64,000 bases of DNA from Geosiphon pyriformis uo1 (Eukaryota; Fungi; Glomeromycota): NCBI GenBank assembly GCA_016748015.1, contig JAAOMT010000523.1:928156-992155 (forward strand). Reading direction: 5' to 3'. A model generated the notes under the pieces. The model searched no databases. It saw only the letters and a list, made by a program, of their open reading frames with translations, and was not told the origin of the DNA. Shown here piece after piece: positions 23,483 to 36,758 of the stretch; positions within the stretch are counted from its first letter, which is position 1, and each line of letters opens with the position of its first letter. The position numbers and the translations under genes were made by a program.

Positions 23483-25324
23483 ATGAATAGTCCTAGTGCT
23501 AAGAGAAGGTTTGCCAGAGTCTCGACCGCTAGTTCAGTTGATGGTGGTTCAACTCAAAAAGTCAAAAAGTCTCTCAGTGGTGTTAAACTTTCAAGTACGG
23601 ATAAGAATCTCAAAGATGGTGGACCTGTTAGTGTGGATGGGCAACTTACTAGCATGGATACAGATAGAAAAGCCTTTGATAGTAAAGTCATCTCTGACTC
23701 CCAAATGAATACACCCAATATAAAGCATTTCAATACTGATGCGGCTATTGGTTCCCCTTTGGACTCTATTAATTATGACATAGATGATAAAAAGGAAGTT
23801 TTTCTTCCTCCCTGTTTGTCTTTCTCTTTGGAAAAGGTGTGGGTGGACCCCAAAATTGTTAAAACTCAAGTGAAAGTAGCTGTGAAGAAATCTTTTGCTT
23901 TGGACATCAATCTTTCAGCTGTAGAAGGGAAATCGGCAACAGCTAAAACTCAAGTTATAAGAAAATTATTTTCAAGAATCAATGGTTTTGGGGGGGCCAC
24001 TACTCTCTCAAAATTTGAAGGGATCATCAGATCGACATTCACTTCATCAGAAAGCATGGAAAAGGCCGCCTCATTGGCCAGGAAAAATAACATCATGGTA
24101 AACAGCGATCTTAAGAGACAAGGAGTTCGTTCAAATCAGGCTGTAGTCATCAAGGAAATTCTTATGGATACGCCAAAAGAAATAATCATTGCCGCAGTGT
24201 CTGAATTTGGTCAAGTGATGTCAATCTGATTGCAACTCGTTGGGCTGTGGCAGAAGGCTGTGGTGGAGTTTGCTGAATCAAGTCAGGCAGATCAGTTGGC
24301 AGCTAAGTAGTTATTCTTAATTGGGAAAGATTCAGTGCGTGTGGCCAAGGCTGTGCAGGATCGTGAGACATGGGCATCTAGAGATCAGTATAGGGTGCTT
24401 TTGTTTACTTTGCTAGTGAGAACAATGGTTCATGATCTTGGCAATCTTTTGGCAGGAGCTGGTGGGAAAACTTGTGTCATAAATCATTCTTTAAACACTG
24501 GCAATAAGATTTGTTGTGCTGTGGTTTGTTTTGAGAATGACAAGGATTTGGAGTCTGCATTTCGTACAGAGCCTGTTTTTGGTAGAGTGAAACTTTCTTG
24601 GACTAGATTGGACCTGGTCCGGTGTGAACAGTGTGGGAAACTTGGCCATTCAGTTCTGGAGTGTGATGCTGAGGTCTCACATTCTTCTAAACTTTCCAAG
24701 TCATTTAAAAAGGTCATCTCTGATGAGAACCGCCTCCAGTTGGCCAAGTTATATGCAAAAAAGAGTGTGCTTATTTCCAGACTGGCTGCGTTCAGTGGCA
24801 AATCATGGGCCCAGGTTGTCTCTCTAGTATCTTTATCTAATGGTCCTCACTTTGGTTCTGGTCCTGGTTTTGGCTCTTCTCCTGGCACCTCAGGTTTGGT
24901 TGGTAACTCGTCTCTTGCAAGTTCTGTTAGTTCGATTTTGGAAACTCGTCTCACTTCTCTGGAGCACTCTTTGGAACTTCTTACGAATAAGATGTCCGGT
25001 ATTGTTGACAAACTTAACAGTTTAAGCCTGGTGCCCTTGGCTCTCACCTCCTCTTCTCAGCCCTTGGTTGCCCCTGGTTCGGTTGATATGAAATTTGGTT
25101 CGGATATGGTTTTGGATGAACCTGATTCTGTGGTTAATTCTCCCTCTTCGATTTCCTCTAGTGCCTCAAGGTTGGGTTCGAGTAGTTCAAAAATTTTGAC
25201 TTTGAAAGTGGGCTGCTTGGAGTCAAAGATGGTGGCTCTCGAAGCATCGGTTAGTTCAGTATTGAAGAAGTTAGATCAGATGTGTGCTGGCTCGGGTTCT
25301 GCGGTCTCTTTTGTACTTCAATGA
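23483..25324 (+). pseudogene. LINE ORF1 (RRM-like, CCHC knuckle, coiled coil)
   Basis: One frame with internal stops; CEQCGKLGHSVLEC. Confidence 0.88.
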
Positions 25325-28300
25325 ATGATTTAGTATAGAAAATAGCCACGTGTAATGTCAGGGGAATGAACAATTCAGCAAAGCAAGAAGACATTATACA
25401 TTGGCACAGAAATTTGAACAATTTGGTTTCGATTGTTACTGAGACAAAGTTGAAAGATAAGGTTCAGCCTTGGATTACTAGCAAATTCGATGGTGTTCGG
25501 GTTTTCACTTCTGGTTTGGATTCTGGTTATCTTGGTTCTGGTGTGGCAATTGTCATGAACAATTCTTTAGCAAGGCACGTTTTCAAAGTTTCTGAGGTGC
25601 CCGGTCAACTCCTTTTCATCAGATTTTTCTTCAAAAATAAACTTTCGGTTTTTGTTTTGGGTCTCTATGCTGGTGCCTCTTCAAGTGTTCAATTCTCACA
25701 GGCTGGTGACATCAATTCTTTGATTGCTAAGGCGGTAAATGAATCATCTTTTGTGGTCTTAGGTGGCGACTTCAATGAGGATGGCATTTATAAGAGTGTG
25801 AGTTTCAAAAAGTGCTTTGATCTGGATCTGGTTAATGTCTTGGATAGAAGTGTGCTTGCAAAAACGCCAACATAGGGTAACTCTCGTGGTGTTGTCAAGA
25901 CCATTGACTATATGTTCATCTCTTCAAGCTTGATCAATGCTGTGGTGGATCGTGGTGTGACTGGTGTCGAGGACTTTTTTAATACTAATCATAAGGCTGT
26001 TTCTGTTTCTGTGGGCTTGGGTGGCTTGCTTGACTCTTAGCTGAATTCGATATGCAAGCAGGCTAATAAAGATCGTTGGAAGTTTGATTTCAGAAATGCT
26101 GGCGAGAAAGGGTGGAACAATTTTAAGGATACTATATTGGCCAATGGCCTAATGTTCTTGAGTAATTTTGCTGCTTTTGTGGAATCTTCAGATTTGAATA
26201 CTATGTGGGACATTGTATGCAAAGTAATAGTTCTCTCAGCAGTTAGAACATTCAAAAAAAAATGGTTTAGGGATTATGATAAGGTTTTTACCAAGAGTTC
26301 TTCTAGATTTCACAAGCTTGAGTTGCTGGTATTCAAGCTGGTTAAGGCATTTCATTTGTTGTTTAGTGTGGAATTTGCGTTGTTGTTGAATACATAGGAG
26401 AAGCTCGATGTCAATAGTGCTTTGGTGGTGAAGTCTTTATTTCTTTCAGGTTCCAGTTTTGACAGGATTTGCTCAGCTCTGGCTAAGGCGAGGAAGTCTT
26501 ACCACTCTGCTAAATTGCTGGAATTCAAATGTGCTGAGGAATCCCGTATCAGGGTGGCTATTGATAGAAGGATAGAAAGTTTCAAATCAGACAAGGGTCA
26601 CACTATCAGGAGTGTTTTGGAGCATCCCTTTTGCAAAGTGGTACTGGATCATCTGGTTGTGGATAACGAGTTGATTTTGGAGCCCAGCTTGGTCAAGGCT
26701 AAGGTGGATGGGATCATGGAAGGCTGGACCAAGAAGTGCAAGGTGGTGTCAGATATCTCTGATATTTGGTCTCGCCAGTACAGACTTTTGGAGTATGTTT
26801 TTGATGGTGCATTTTCTGGTGTAATGAGTCCTATTGGTTTCAATGAGTTGTTTAGTGTGGTTTCTGGTCTGCCTGAAAGCAAGGCTGCTGGTCTCTCTGG
26901 GATTTTGAACGAGCTCTGGAAACACTGTGACAGATCAATTTTGGACATGCTTTTGGTACTTTTAAATTCTTGTTTGATTTGTGAGTTAATACCTAGTACT
27001 TGGAAAGAAGCCTGGGTCTCAATGATCCCTAAGCCGTATGAGTGGGAAGGAGTTCTTACAAACACCCGATCTATTGCCTTGATTGAGACTGCCCGCAAGA
27101 TTCTTTTCAAGATTCTTTCAGATAGGATCTCGTTGGCTTGTAGTATTTTTGACATTCTGTATGGGAACAATTTTTTGGTTTTAAAGGGTATGACAACACA
27201 GTCTCCCATTTTTGCCATTGGTTCAGTTATTGAGGATGCTTTGGAGAAGAATTGTGAGCTCTGGTTGGTCTTGCAAGACATGCGGAAGGCTTATGATTCT
27301 GTTGGGTGGAAACACCTTCAGGACAGTTTGGTTAGGATAAAGATGTGTCGCAGGTTTATTAGGTTCTTTGGCAGCATCCACAATGGTCGTGTTAACAGAG
27401 TTATGACAGATTTTGGTTTGACGGATGAGTACAAGGTACATGATGGCTTGGACCAGAAAGAGGTGTTCTCACTGCTCCTCTGGCACATATTTTATGATTC
27501 CCTTCTGTGTGAAGTTAAGAGACAGGCGGATGGGTGTGGTTATAGATTGAATTCTCATTTTATTTCTGGATGTGGTCATGCTGAGTCTCGGGCTGGTGTA
27601 TCCTCATTTTTCGCAGCGGGTGCTTTTATTGATGATACTATATGAGTTGGTAGCAGTCAAAGTGCTACACAACACATACTCAATGTTGCTAGTAAATTTT
27701 TTAATGTCAATGACATCTTGATTAATAATGATAAGACTGTTGCCATTCTCATCAATTGTGATAGTTTGGCTTTCTCTTTGCTGATCAGTGGGTTACCTAT
27801 TTCTATCGCCAAAAAGAAAGAATTGTATCGCTATTTGGAGATTTATTTGTCAACTGAGGGTCTTTCAAAGCCTAGCTTGGCTAAAGCGCATTCTGATGTC
27901 TGGTTTTTTTCTAATTTAGTCTTGAAAAAGGCAGTATCTGATAAGCAGTTTTCATATTTGGTTTCAGCAGTCCTCTTTCCTATCATTGGATATAGAACAC
28001 AGTTCAGTTATGTTTCTATTAGTGTTTGTGGAAAGTGGAACACTATGATTCATAAGGGCTTGAGATCTAAGTCTGGTTTGCCACATGATTTCCCCAATAA
28101 TGCGATTCATCATCCCTCTCTGTATAGTCTGAAGACTTTTGAGCAAGTTCAAGCTAAGAGCAAGTTGGCTTCAGTTGTTTCTTTTGCAAACTCTGTTGAG
28201 ATTTTGGGGCGTCTATTTTCTTACCGGTCACATGATCTGCAAATCCTCTGCTGGCACTCACTACATCTTTTGCAGTGTCCAGTTCGTGTCAAGGTCAATC

Positions 28301-30007
28301 CCCTAAACAATTTTTTGGCAGGTGTGGTGCATATTTTCTTTGGGTGTGATTTGTCATTGGGTGGCTCTCTGACTAGTGCTTTTCATCATCAGAGTGGAAC
28401 CTTTATGTCTCTTGTTTTTGGTGAATCAAATTATGTCAAGAGTGTCTCTTCATTTTGGCGTTATGGGATTGCTTTCGTAGACCAGTTATGGAACCAAAAT
28501 GGGGCTGTTTTTGAGTGGAAGACCTTCAAACGGTAGAAGCGGTTAAACCCATGTGGTCTGGTTCCTGTTTGGTTTGAGCTTTCAGTTCATTTTCTTGATG
28601 GCATGTCTTCTCTTCCTATCTGCTCCACACTTTTGGCTGATCGCGGCTCTTCGGATGTTTTTCAGTCTCATGAATTTGGCATCATTGGTGCCGGTTTATT
28701 CAATTCTAATGTTGGTCTTTTTCATTTACACAGATGGATCTCTAAGTGATTTAGGGACTGTTGATATGAAAGCTGGGGCTGCTGTTTTCTTTGAGAATAT
28801 TGGTATGGGTTTAGGTGTGGGAGTATCTGATTTGATGTCTTCTACCTTGACGGAACTGCAGGCTATTGCTCTGGCACTCAAGTGCATCCCTTCTTCTTGC
28901 TCAGTTAACTTGTTCTCGGACAGTCAGGCTGCTTTGAATGCTTGTAAGTTGGAAATGGAATTGGTTCACCCAGATTTTAAAAATCGGTGTTGGATTGAAC
29001 GCTGCCATATTGTTAATGTTATTCGTCGTAAGAATTTAAAAATTAATTGGTGTAAGGTAAAAGGACACTCAGAGGTTTTAGGCAATGAACGAGCTGATAA
29101 GTTGGCCAGGGCTGCAGCTCTCTCTGATTGGCATCTGCTCTATTCTGTCGATAAACGCTATCTTAGGGGTGGGGGAGCAGCCATTTCTGGTAATTCTAGA
29201 TATTTTGTTTGGGATATTTTTCAGTCAGTTCATCGTACACATTGGGAAATCAGTTGTGGTATGGAGGTGGTGACAGATAGTCTGCATACAGATATTGATT
29301 GGTTTAGGTTGTTGCTGGTTTGGCATCCAGATTCTCACATGGCTGCTGGCTTTACTAGCAAGCGGACTGCTGGTTTCTGAACTTACTTTATAAAGACATT
29401 GCACCATCGGCTCCCTGTTACCATGCATAAGTGGCTTTATGATAAGCACTACCCTAGTGTGGTGTGTTTGTTTTGCGGTGATGTCGAGGTCTCAGACCAT
29501 GTGTTTTCTTGTTCATTTGATGCCAATGGTCGTGCTCAGTTGTTGGATGCTCATGCAGCAGTTTGGGGTGTGTGCTTCAGTTTGGATCATTCTTCCTCAG
29601 ATGTCTCGCAGCTGATGTCTACTTGTGTATTTGACATTTCAGTTAGTACTGCTCTATGCAAAGGTTTTGTTTTCAAGGATTGGTTTTGTGAGTCTGTTTT
29701 TGTCTTTAAGAATTTCAGGATAGTGGGTCAGAATATTGTGGTCTTTGTGCATGGGTTTAGCTTGGCTTTTTGAGAAGACATTTGGTTGGTTCGTGCCAAG
29801 CACCGTGCTTTTATGAAAAAGAATGGGCTTATTTCGTGCAATGGATCAGTTCCTGTCTCAATTTCTGGGCTTTTTTTAGAGCTGTCATCTGATGTAACTT
29901 GGCTGCTGGGTGTTGCTGAAGTGATTGGTGTTGGTTTTGGATTCTGTAAGTCTTGTTTGTTTTTTTCAGGCACAGGGGGTAAGGTTTCTGTTTATATAGG
30001 TGCTTAG
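25321..30007 (+). pseudogene. LINE ORF2: AP endonuclease, reverse transcriptase, RNase H, C-terminal zinc finger
   Basis: NVRG/ETK/GDFN/IDY endonuclease motifs; DMRKAYDSV, FIDD; YTDGS..SDSQ..VKGHS..GNERAD; CLFCGDVEVSDHVFSC; ATGA overlap with ORF1 stop; frameshift near 28720. Confidence 0.93.
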
Positions 30008-30354
30008 TGTTGTCTTGATTGGTCCAAATGGCTGGTCACGTGTAGATAAAGCATGATTCACACCTAGTTTAGATCATTTGTATGATGTATTGCACTAGGC
30101 AGTGTTTGGACTTCGCTCGTTAAATGTTAATAAAAAAAAAAAGATAAATTTATTATTCATAATTGGTTTAATATAATTTACATTTATTATTGAACATGTA
30201 AAAAGAATTACACTCAATAATTTTTATTTAATCTAATCTTTTGTGACATCACATGATTTCGTAGCACTGAACTCTAAATTGGCAATCAAGATTTAATTTT
30301 TTGAAAAACCAAGGTGATCAGCCTGTTATTCGTTTTCATTAAAGAAGAATTAAC

Positions 30355-32379
30355 ATGCTCGATCTTACCCTTTTTCAAACTGAAAAAGGTGGAAACCCCG
30401 AGCTCATTCGAGAATCACAAAGAAAGCGTGGAGCTTCTGTCGAGCTTGTGGACGAGGTTATTAGTTTGTATGACGGGTGGCGAAAAGGTATCTCGGGAAG
30501 CTGGATAGTTTTGAGGTTGAAAGTTAGGCAGTTGGTTGTTGGGTAGTATATAATCTTACAGAAAAAAAAAACAGAAAAATGAAAATTTAATGATGCAGAA
30601 AATATCCAAAAAACCTTGTGCTTATTGATAAAATCGATATATTTTCATTCTTAAAAAAGCTAAGTTTGATCTTGATGAAATCAACAAAAAAATCAACGCT
30701 CTACAAAAAGACATAGGGAAAAAAATGAAGGTTATAGATTTTCAAATTGATATTTTCATCAATAAAGTTCACCTGATGTTATATTTTGAATCTGCTTCTC
30801 ATTATTTGATTGTAAATGTGATTTCACTAATTTCGTCTCTGGATGCTTACACTACATATAAAGACGAAAGAAGACGCGTCCCAACTTGTCGCTGAGAAAG
30901 AGAACCTGGGCTCAGAGAAAGACCGTGTAACGGTTTTGGTCAAAGAGAAAGAGGATACGTTGAAATTGAAGGCGTCAACTATTGGAAATATTGTCCATGA
31001 TTCGGTTCCCGTTTCGTTGGACGAAAATAATAATGAGATTATTCGTGAATGGGTGTCTGTAGATCCAGTGGCTGAAATTGGCGACGAAAAGCGTTATAAC
31101 AACACAGAGCATAAGGAAGGTTTATTGTCGCATCATGAAGTTTTGTATCGAATTGACGGGTATGACTCTGAGCGAGGTAAGCGCCGCAGGACATCTGCAA
31201 ACAAAATCTATATATATATATTATTCTTACCACCTTAAGCACATAACTTGTATTCTAGGTACCAATGTAGCAGGTCATCGAGGTTACTTTCTCACAAATG
31301 ATGGTGTAGATTTGAATTTGGCCCTTATACAATATGGGCTATCATTTTTGAAAAAAAGGGAATACAAAAAATTGCAAACACCTTTTTTTATGAGACGAGA
31401 ATACATGGCAAAGACGGCTCAGCTAGAACAATTTGACGAAGAATTATACAAGGTGATATCTTTGAATTTCGAATGAACTCAAAAGCGCGTAAAATCTACA
31501 ATAATAATAAATCTTTAACAAGAAACGTTCCATCTAAAATTAATTGAAAGTGGTTTGCTACGCGTAATTTTATAGGTTAGCGGCGATGGTGATGAAAAAT
31601 ATCTAATTGCTACTTCCGAACAACCAATTTCAGCTTTTCATGCTAACGAATGGTTTGAAAGACCCGCGGAACAGCTGCCATTGAAGTTAGTTTTCCACAA
31701 ATAAATTGCAAATATTCTTTAATATTGATATTAAATATATTTTTATATAGATATGCAGGCTATTCGACATGCTTTCGTAAAGAAGCTGGAGCCCATGGAA
31801 AAGATACCTGGGGAATATTTAGAGTTCATCAATTCGAAAAAGTCGAGCAGTTCGTCCTCACTACACCCGAAACCTCTTGGCAATTATTCGATGAGATGAT
31901 TGCTATCTCAGAAGCCTTTTATCAGTCACTAGGGCTACCCTATCGTGTTGTCGCAATTGTATCTGGGGCGTTGAATAATGCAGCAGCCAAAAAATTTGAC
32001 TTGGAAGCTTGGTTTCCTTTCCAAAATGAGTACAAAGAATTGGTAAGTTGTTCGAATTGTACCGATTATCAAAGCCGCCGATTAGAAATTCGCTGTGGTA
32101 CCAAGAAAATGGGTGAACGCGAAAAGAAGTACGTTCATTGTTTGAATGCAACATTATGTGCGACTGAGCGTGCATTATGCTGTATATTGGAAAATTGGCA
32201 GACTAATAATGTAAGAATATTTCCGTTTAAATAAAAGTTATTGATTTCATTAATGTTTGATAAAATATGAAACGCTTTTCATCCTTAAACAGGGAGTCAT
32301 TATTCCCCCAGTGCTTCGATCATACATGGATGGCCGTGACTTTTTGCCATTTGTAAAAGAAGCACCGAAAAAAAAATAA
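30355..32379 (+). CDS. SES1: Cytosolic seryl-tRNA synthetase; exons 30355-30487, 30660-30730, 30864-31176, 31259-31452, 31576-31685, 31751-32210, 32293-32379
   Basis: [94 protein letters not shown]; GT-AG introns keep the frame. Confidence 0.96.
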
Positions 32380-33455
32380 AATAGAAAAAAGTCTGATTTG
32401 ATTTCTTTAATTTAAAAGAAAACTCAATTCAATTTGTTCTTTTTAGAAATAAGCTTTTAAAGATATTTTTTACAAAGGCAATTGGATTTTGAAAGTGAAA
32501 TTCTATTTTCTATTGTTTGTTTGCAAATCAGAATTTTAATAATTGAATCTTCAAATAGTAAATTAATCTACATGTATTATGTATTTTTGTTTTTTTAAAG
32601 GAATAATTATATTGGATTTAACAAATAATGCAAAAATTTATTATCTTTATTATTTATTTTTAATTACATAAATTAATTACTTAATATTTATTTTTGGAAT
32701 CAATATTGATTTGGCTGTAAATTCAATTATTAATTTAGTTATTAAATTTGTTAATTTTTTAAATATATATATAAAATATCAAGTATTATAAACAATGTAC
32801 AAATTTTAGAAATAAACAAAATTTAAAATTATTAAACATTGTTAATTATTTGGTTAATAATATTTGTTTAAATATAAAATATAATATTTTATATTATTAT
32901 TATATATGTAGCTATTATTTAAGTTGAAAATAATATAAGAATTAATTATGATAAAATAATATTTATTGCTATTGTTATAACTATTTACAAACTATTTTCT
33001 TTATTTTTGTTAAAATAATAATTAAAATAATATTCAAGTTGAAAATAACAAAGGTTTTTCGACAATGTTAAGAAATAAAATAAAATTTTAAATTTTTATC
33101 AATTAAAGTAACAAATATAAAACTAAAAAATTCCAAATTCATGATTAATTTAAATGGTTGCAACTTTTTTTAATTTTTCTAATTAATAAAACAATAGATT
33201 TCATCGATATAAAAATTAACATGATCAGGCGATAAACCTGGATTAAAGTTATAACGTTATTCGTTAATATAAGTTCAATAATAATAATATTATACCCACC
33301 TCTTTTAGAAGCACTCTTTTACACTATTGCCCACTGTCATCAGCCTTTGAAACACTTTCGAAAATCTTGTTTTATTACTCTTTTCTCAAAGTAACACAAA
33401 ACTTAGAATAAACCAATTATTGTTATTCGTTTTACGTTCAAAAAAAAATTCCAGT

Positions 33456-36438
33456 ATGAATGTTCCAAGTCGTTCGATCTTGTCTTACGTGGCTGAAATG
33501 AAGGACGTATTGACCCTATGTCTCGAAGATTATCCACACCACGATTGGCCACAAATCATTGAAAAGCGTTTAAGGCCTTTTTTTCCGAGCAGAGATCCGA
33601 AGTCGACTCCAAAGTGTGCTCTGGAACAAGCATTTAGAGAGAAAATGTTTGAGGCATCGGTAAGAAATTGAATTTTTTTGTGCTCCTTTGAAAATCCCCA
33701 AATATGTACTTTTTGGCCTACCCTCTAAACCACTAGATTATTTTTTAGATCAATAATATTAAAACTAAAAAAATGCACCAGATTACACTTCTCCTTGAAC
33801 TTGCGCTTTTTTGCACCGAAACAGGTTGGCTGCCGTTTTCGAAAAACCTCTTTGTGATGCAGGGATTCAATAATTATCGGAAAGTAGAGATGATAATGTT
33901 CACTGATCCTCTCACCTAAAAATCCTGCATCGACATATTTCCCTCAGTTCTTCTTGATCCTCAAGATTGGGAGTCACACCAAGAGCAGAAATATGCATTG
34001 GACATCAATAAGTCGTTGCGTCTATATAGGAAACCCAACGAGAAAATATCCCTTTCTCAGGTTCACGCTGAGATTTCCTCTTTGAAACTCCCCCACACGC
34101 TTTTTGAAGATCTTCTGGAGACCTTGCAGCTTGACGACTGCGTTGAATTATTTGAATTTATGGAAAAACAAAAAGCCCGAATGCATAAGGTACCATATTG
34201 AAACTTTGTTCGGCTTTGATCTTAATTTAATCTCCTTATTCACAATTATTCCCTTCTCCAATAGTTGCTTTTGGCTGATCAAGGAAGAAGTTTAATCATT
34301 ATTCGCTTTGTTAATGAACTGCTCCGCAGAGCAGATAAAGCTCGCCATCTGCAGTTCAGCGCCCAGATTTCCTTATATTGCTCTAATGTATTTGCACTTG
34401 ATGAACGGTCAGGTGCTTACGAAAAATTTGGCCCAGAATTCTCGTATTTTTATAAGATTGCCGCAAATTGTAACTTGCGGAAATTCTGTTTTTTTATTTT
34501 ATCTTAAATTTTAGCCGTCAATCTTAATGCTGATTGTGATGCGGCTAATGTTACACCTTTTGAAGTGAAATACAGAGGTATATTGTTGACAATCTTTATT
34601 AAAGAATTCTATTGTTTGTGCCTTGTTTTTAAACTATATATTTTTGACTTTAGATCAAAATAGTACACTTTATGAAACTTTATGGAACCTACAAGACTAT
34701 TTCAGGAATCCTTTATCTGCACCTTCGGAGGAACAGATAAAAAAAGTCTTGACGGTATTTGGCCATTTATATGCATGCGAGATTTATGGATTGCCAAAAG
34801 TATTTAACATAGATGTATATATCTTCTAGGACATACAATATGTTTTGGATCATTTTGCCAGAATTCCATTGAAAAATTCATCTGGCCTCACCGCGACATC
34901 TCTGAAAACTATTAAAGAAAATCAGAAAATAAAGAAAGGAGATTCAATTCCTGTGGACTTTGCTCATATTTCAAATGTATTTTATAGAAAGGAAGACCTT
35001 GTTAATGGTAGCAGCATCTTATCAAAAAAGCGCAAAAATCGCACCGAAGAAGAAACTTTCGTTTCCGGTACTTCGTCCCCATCAAAGAAATTGAAGCATC
35101 AAGAATATATAGGCTCGCATATTCAGGAAGAACCTCGTGTTGATAATATCGAATTTTGGCCAAAATCTTTAACCAACCAAGTTTTATTTGATTATCAGGT
35201 TTTGATTCGGCTATTTTATTTTCTATCTTGATCAATTTGAAAATTCAAGCCATTTAAATCTTGACACTTTCTGCATACTAGGTCACTGATAACTCATTCC
35301 GTAGCATAATCTTAATCCAAAGCCTAATTATTCTTGATTTTATGTCGAGATTTTCTGCAAAACAACTCCCAAGAGAGGCTCCTAAAGACACTAAAGAAGA
35401 ATTTAAACAAATTCTTGAAGAAGGTTCTGCCGAAAGCGAAAAAGAAATTGCTATAAAGGAACCTAGGATAAAGCAAAAACGTTTATTCATCCCGCCCGGT
35501 AATCCTCCTAAATTATTCCTTTCTGCGCAACAGGTAAGATAATTTATAATCAAATGAATGATTTCTCGAGTTCCTTTCGGGCTATATTAAGTCGATCAAG
35601 AAATCTTGATTATTAGGGTGAAACAGTTCTGGAAATTATGTCGCAAGTTAAAGAACAGCTTCTAAAGACTTTGCCCAATGGCCAAGTTGGTATGAATTCT
35701 GTTCTGCGAATATTAAACAGTGAAAAAAGCTGGAATGTGTGGAAGTTTATGGACAAATGTCAAGACATCGGCCTTTTCCGAGAAGTTTACAGTCGGGGAC
35801 CACTTGCAAAAAGGGCGCCGTAAGTGGTTTATTTTAGAAACCAATACTCGGTTTTTCAAGTTCTGTATCTGGTGACAGTATCTTTGAATCAGTTTAAACA
35901 GTTAATGATTGTTTATTTGATTTTGAAAGCTTAATGGGCAAAAGGGGACTGCCTCGAGTACCAGCACCAATGGGTTCTAATCAGCTTAGAAATTTGTGGA
36001 AGTTAAAGAACTCGCATGAATACGCTGAGGCTGCTCGATGCTATCACATAGACGTTGAGGAAGAATTTGCGGATATGGAAGGGACATTCACTTCAAGTGA
36101 TTGGAACTCTGTCGAATGCCAAGTAAGTTTTGGTCATCACTCCAGGAGCCCATCATAATCTGATGATTACTCAAACTTATATCTGATTTCAGATGAAACG
36201 TTGGCATCTTTGGAGATATGCCGCTCAATCTGAGTTGTCTCACTTTTCAAAGATTAAAACATTTGGTAAAGAAGAAGAAACCAAAGACTTTCTTCAGGCA
36301 ATCAACCCGTATGTATAAACTGTATTAGTTTATCGCTTCGGATCATATATAATATTGGCATTTTGTCTATTTAGGAAGAAATATGAGAATACCACCGCCG
36401 AAGAAAATTTTACACAGGGAGAGGGGACTCAGAAGTGA
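33456..36438 (+). CDS. THOC1: THO complex subunit 1 (THOC1/Hpr1)-like protein, multi-exon, divergent
   Basis: Motifs in THOC1 order: ELLRR..QFSAQI..FALDERS, LWNLQDYFRNP, WPKSLT..D.SFR.IILIQ.LI, LPNG..RILNSEKSWNVWK..C, MGSNQLRNLW; GT-AG introns; exon borders only partly resolved. Confidence 0.72.
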
Positions 36439-36758
36439 GCAACAGCTTCTGATTCTTTCCATAAATTTATATTTTTGTCTATTAGGCTTTTCTATGTTCT
36501 TTTTTGAAATTAAACTTGGGAAAATTGTGATCCTTAATTATAAAAATAAATAGGCCTGAATTAATAATTAATATACAAAAGCTGGTTAACTTATTAGTAT
36601 TTAAAATAATATGATATGATTCATTATGAAAAAAACTATTATTTACAAATTGCCAAGATTTTAAAAAAATAAGTAAAAATTTAAAATATGATTTAATTAT
36701 TTTTGTTTTAATGTTTTATTAAGTGTAGTTTTTTTTACAATATTTAAAATAATATATA

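Larger units (their letters stand above)
23336..30140 (+). mobile_element. Full-length degenerate LINE (ORF1 plus APE-RT-RNase H-Zn ORF2)
   Basis: 13-bp TSD AAGATAAATTTAT at 23323-23335 and 30141-30153; poly(A) tail; two ORFs. Confidence 0.93.

Noticed and set aside
30008-30131. Self-cleaving ribozyme in the LINE 3' UTR
   Set aside because: No CUGANGA/GAAA hammerhead core or recognisable twister/HDV consensus by eye on either strand; needs an Infernal scan to exclude fully.
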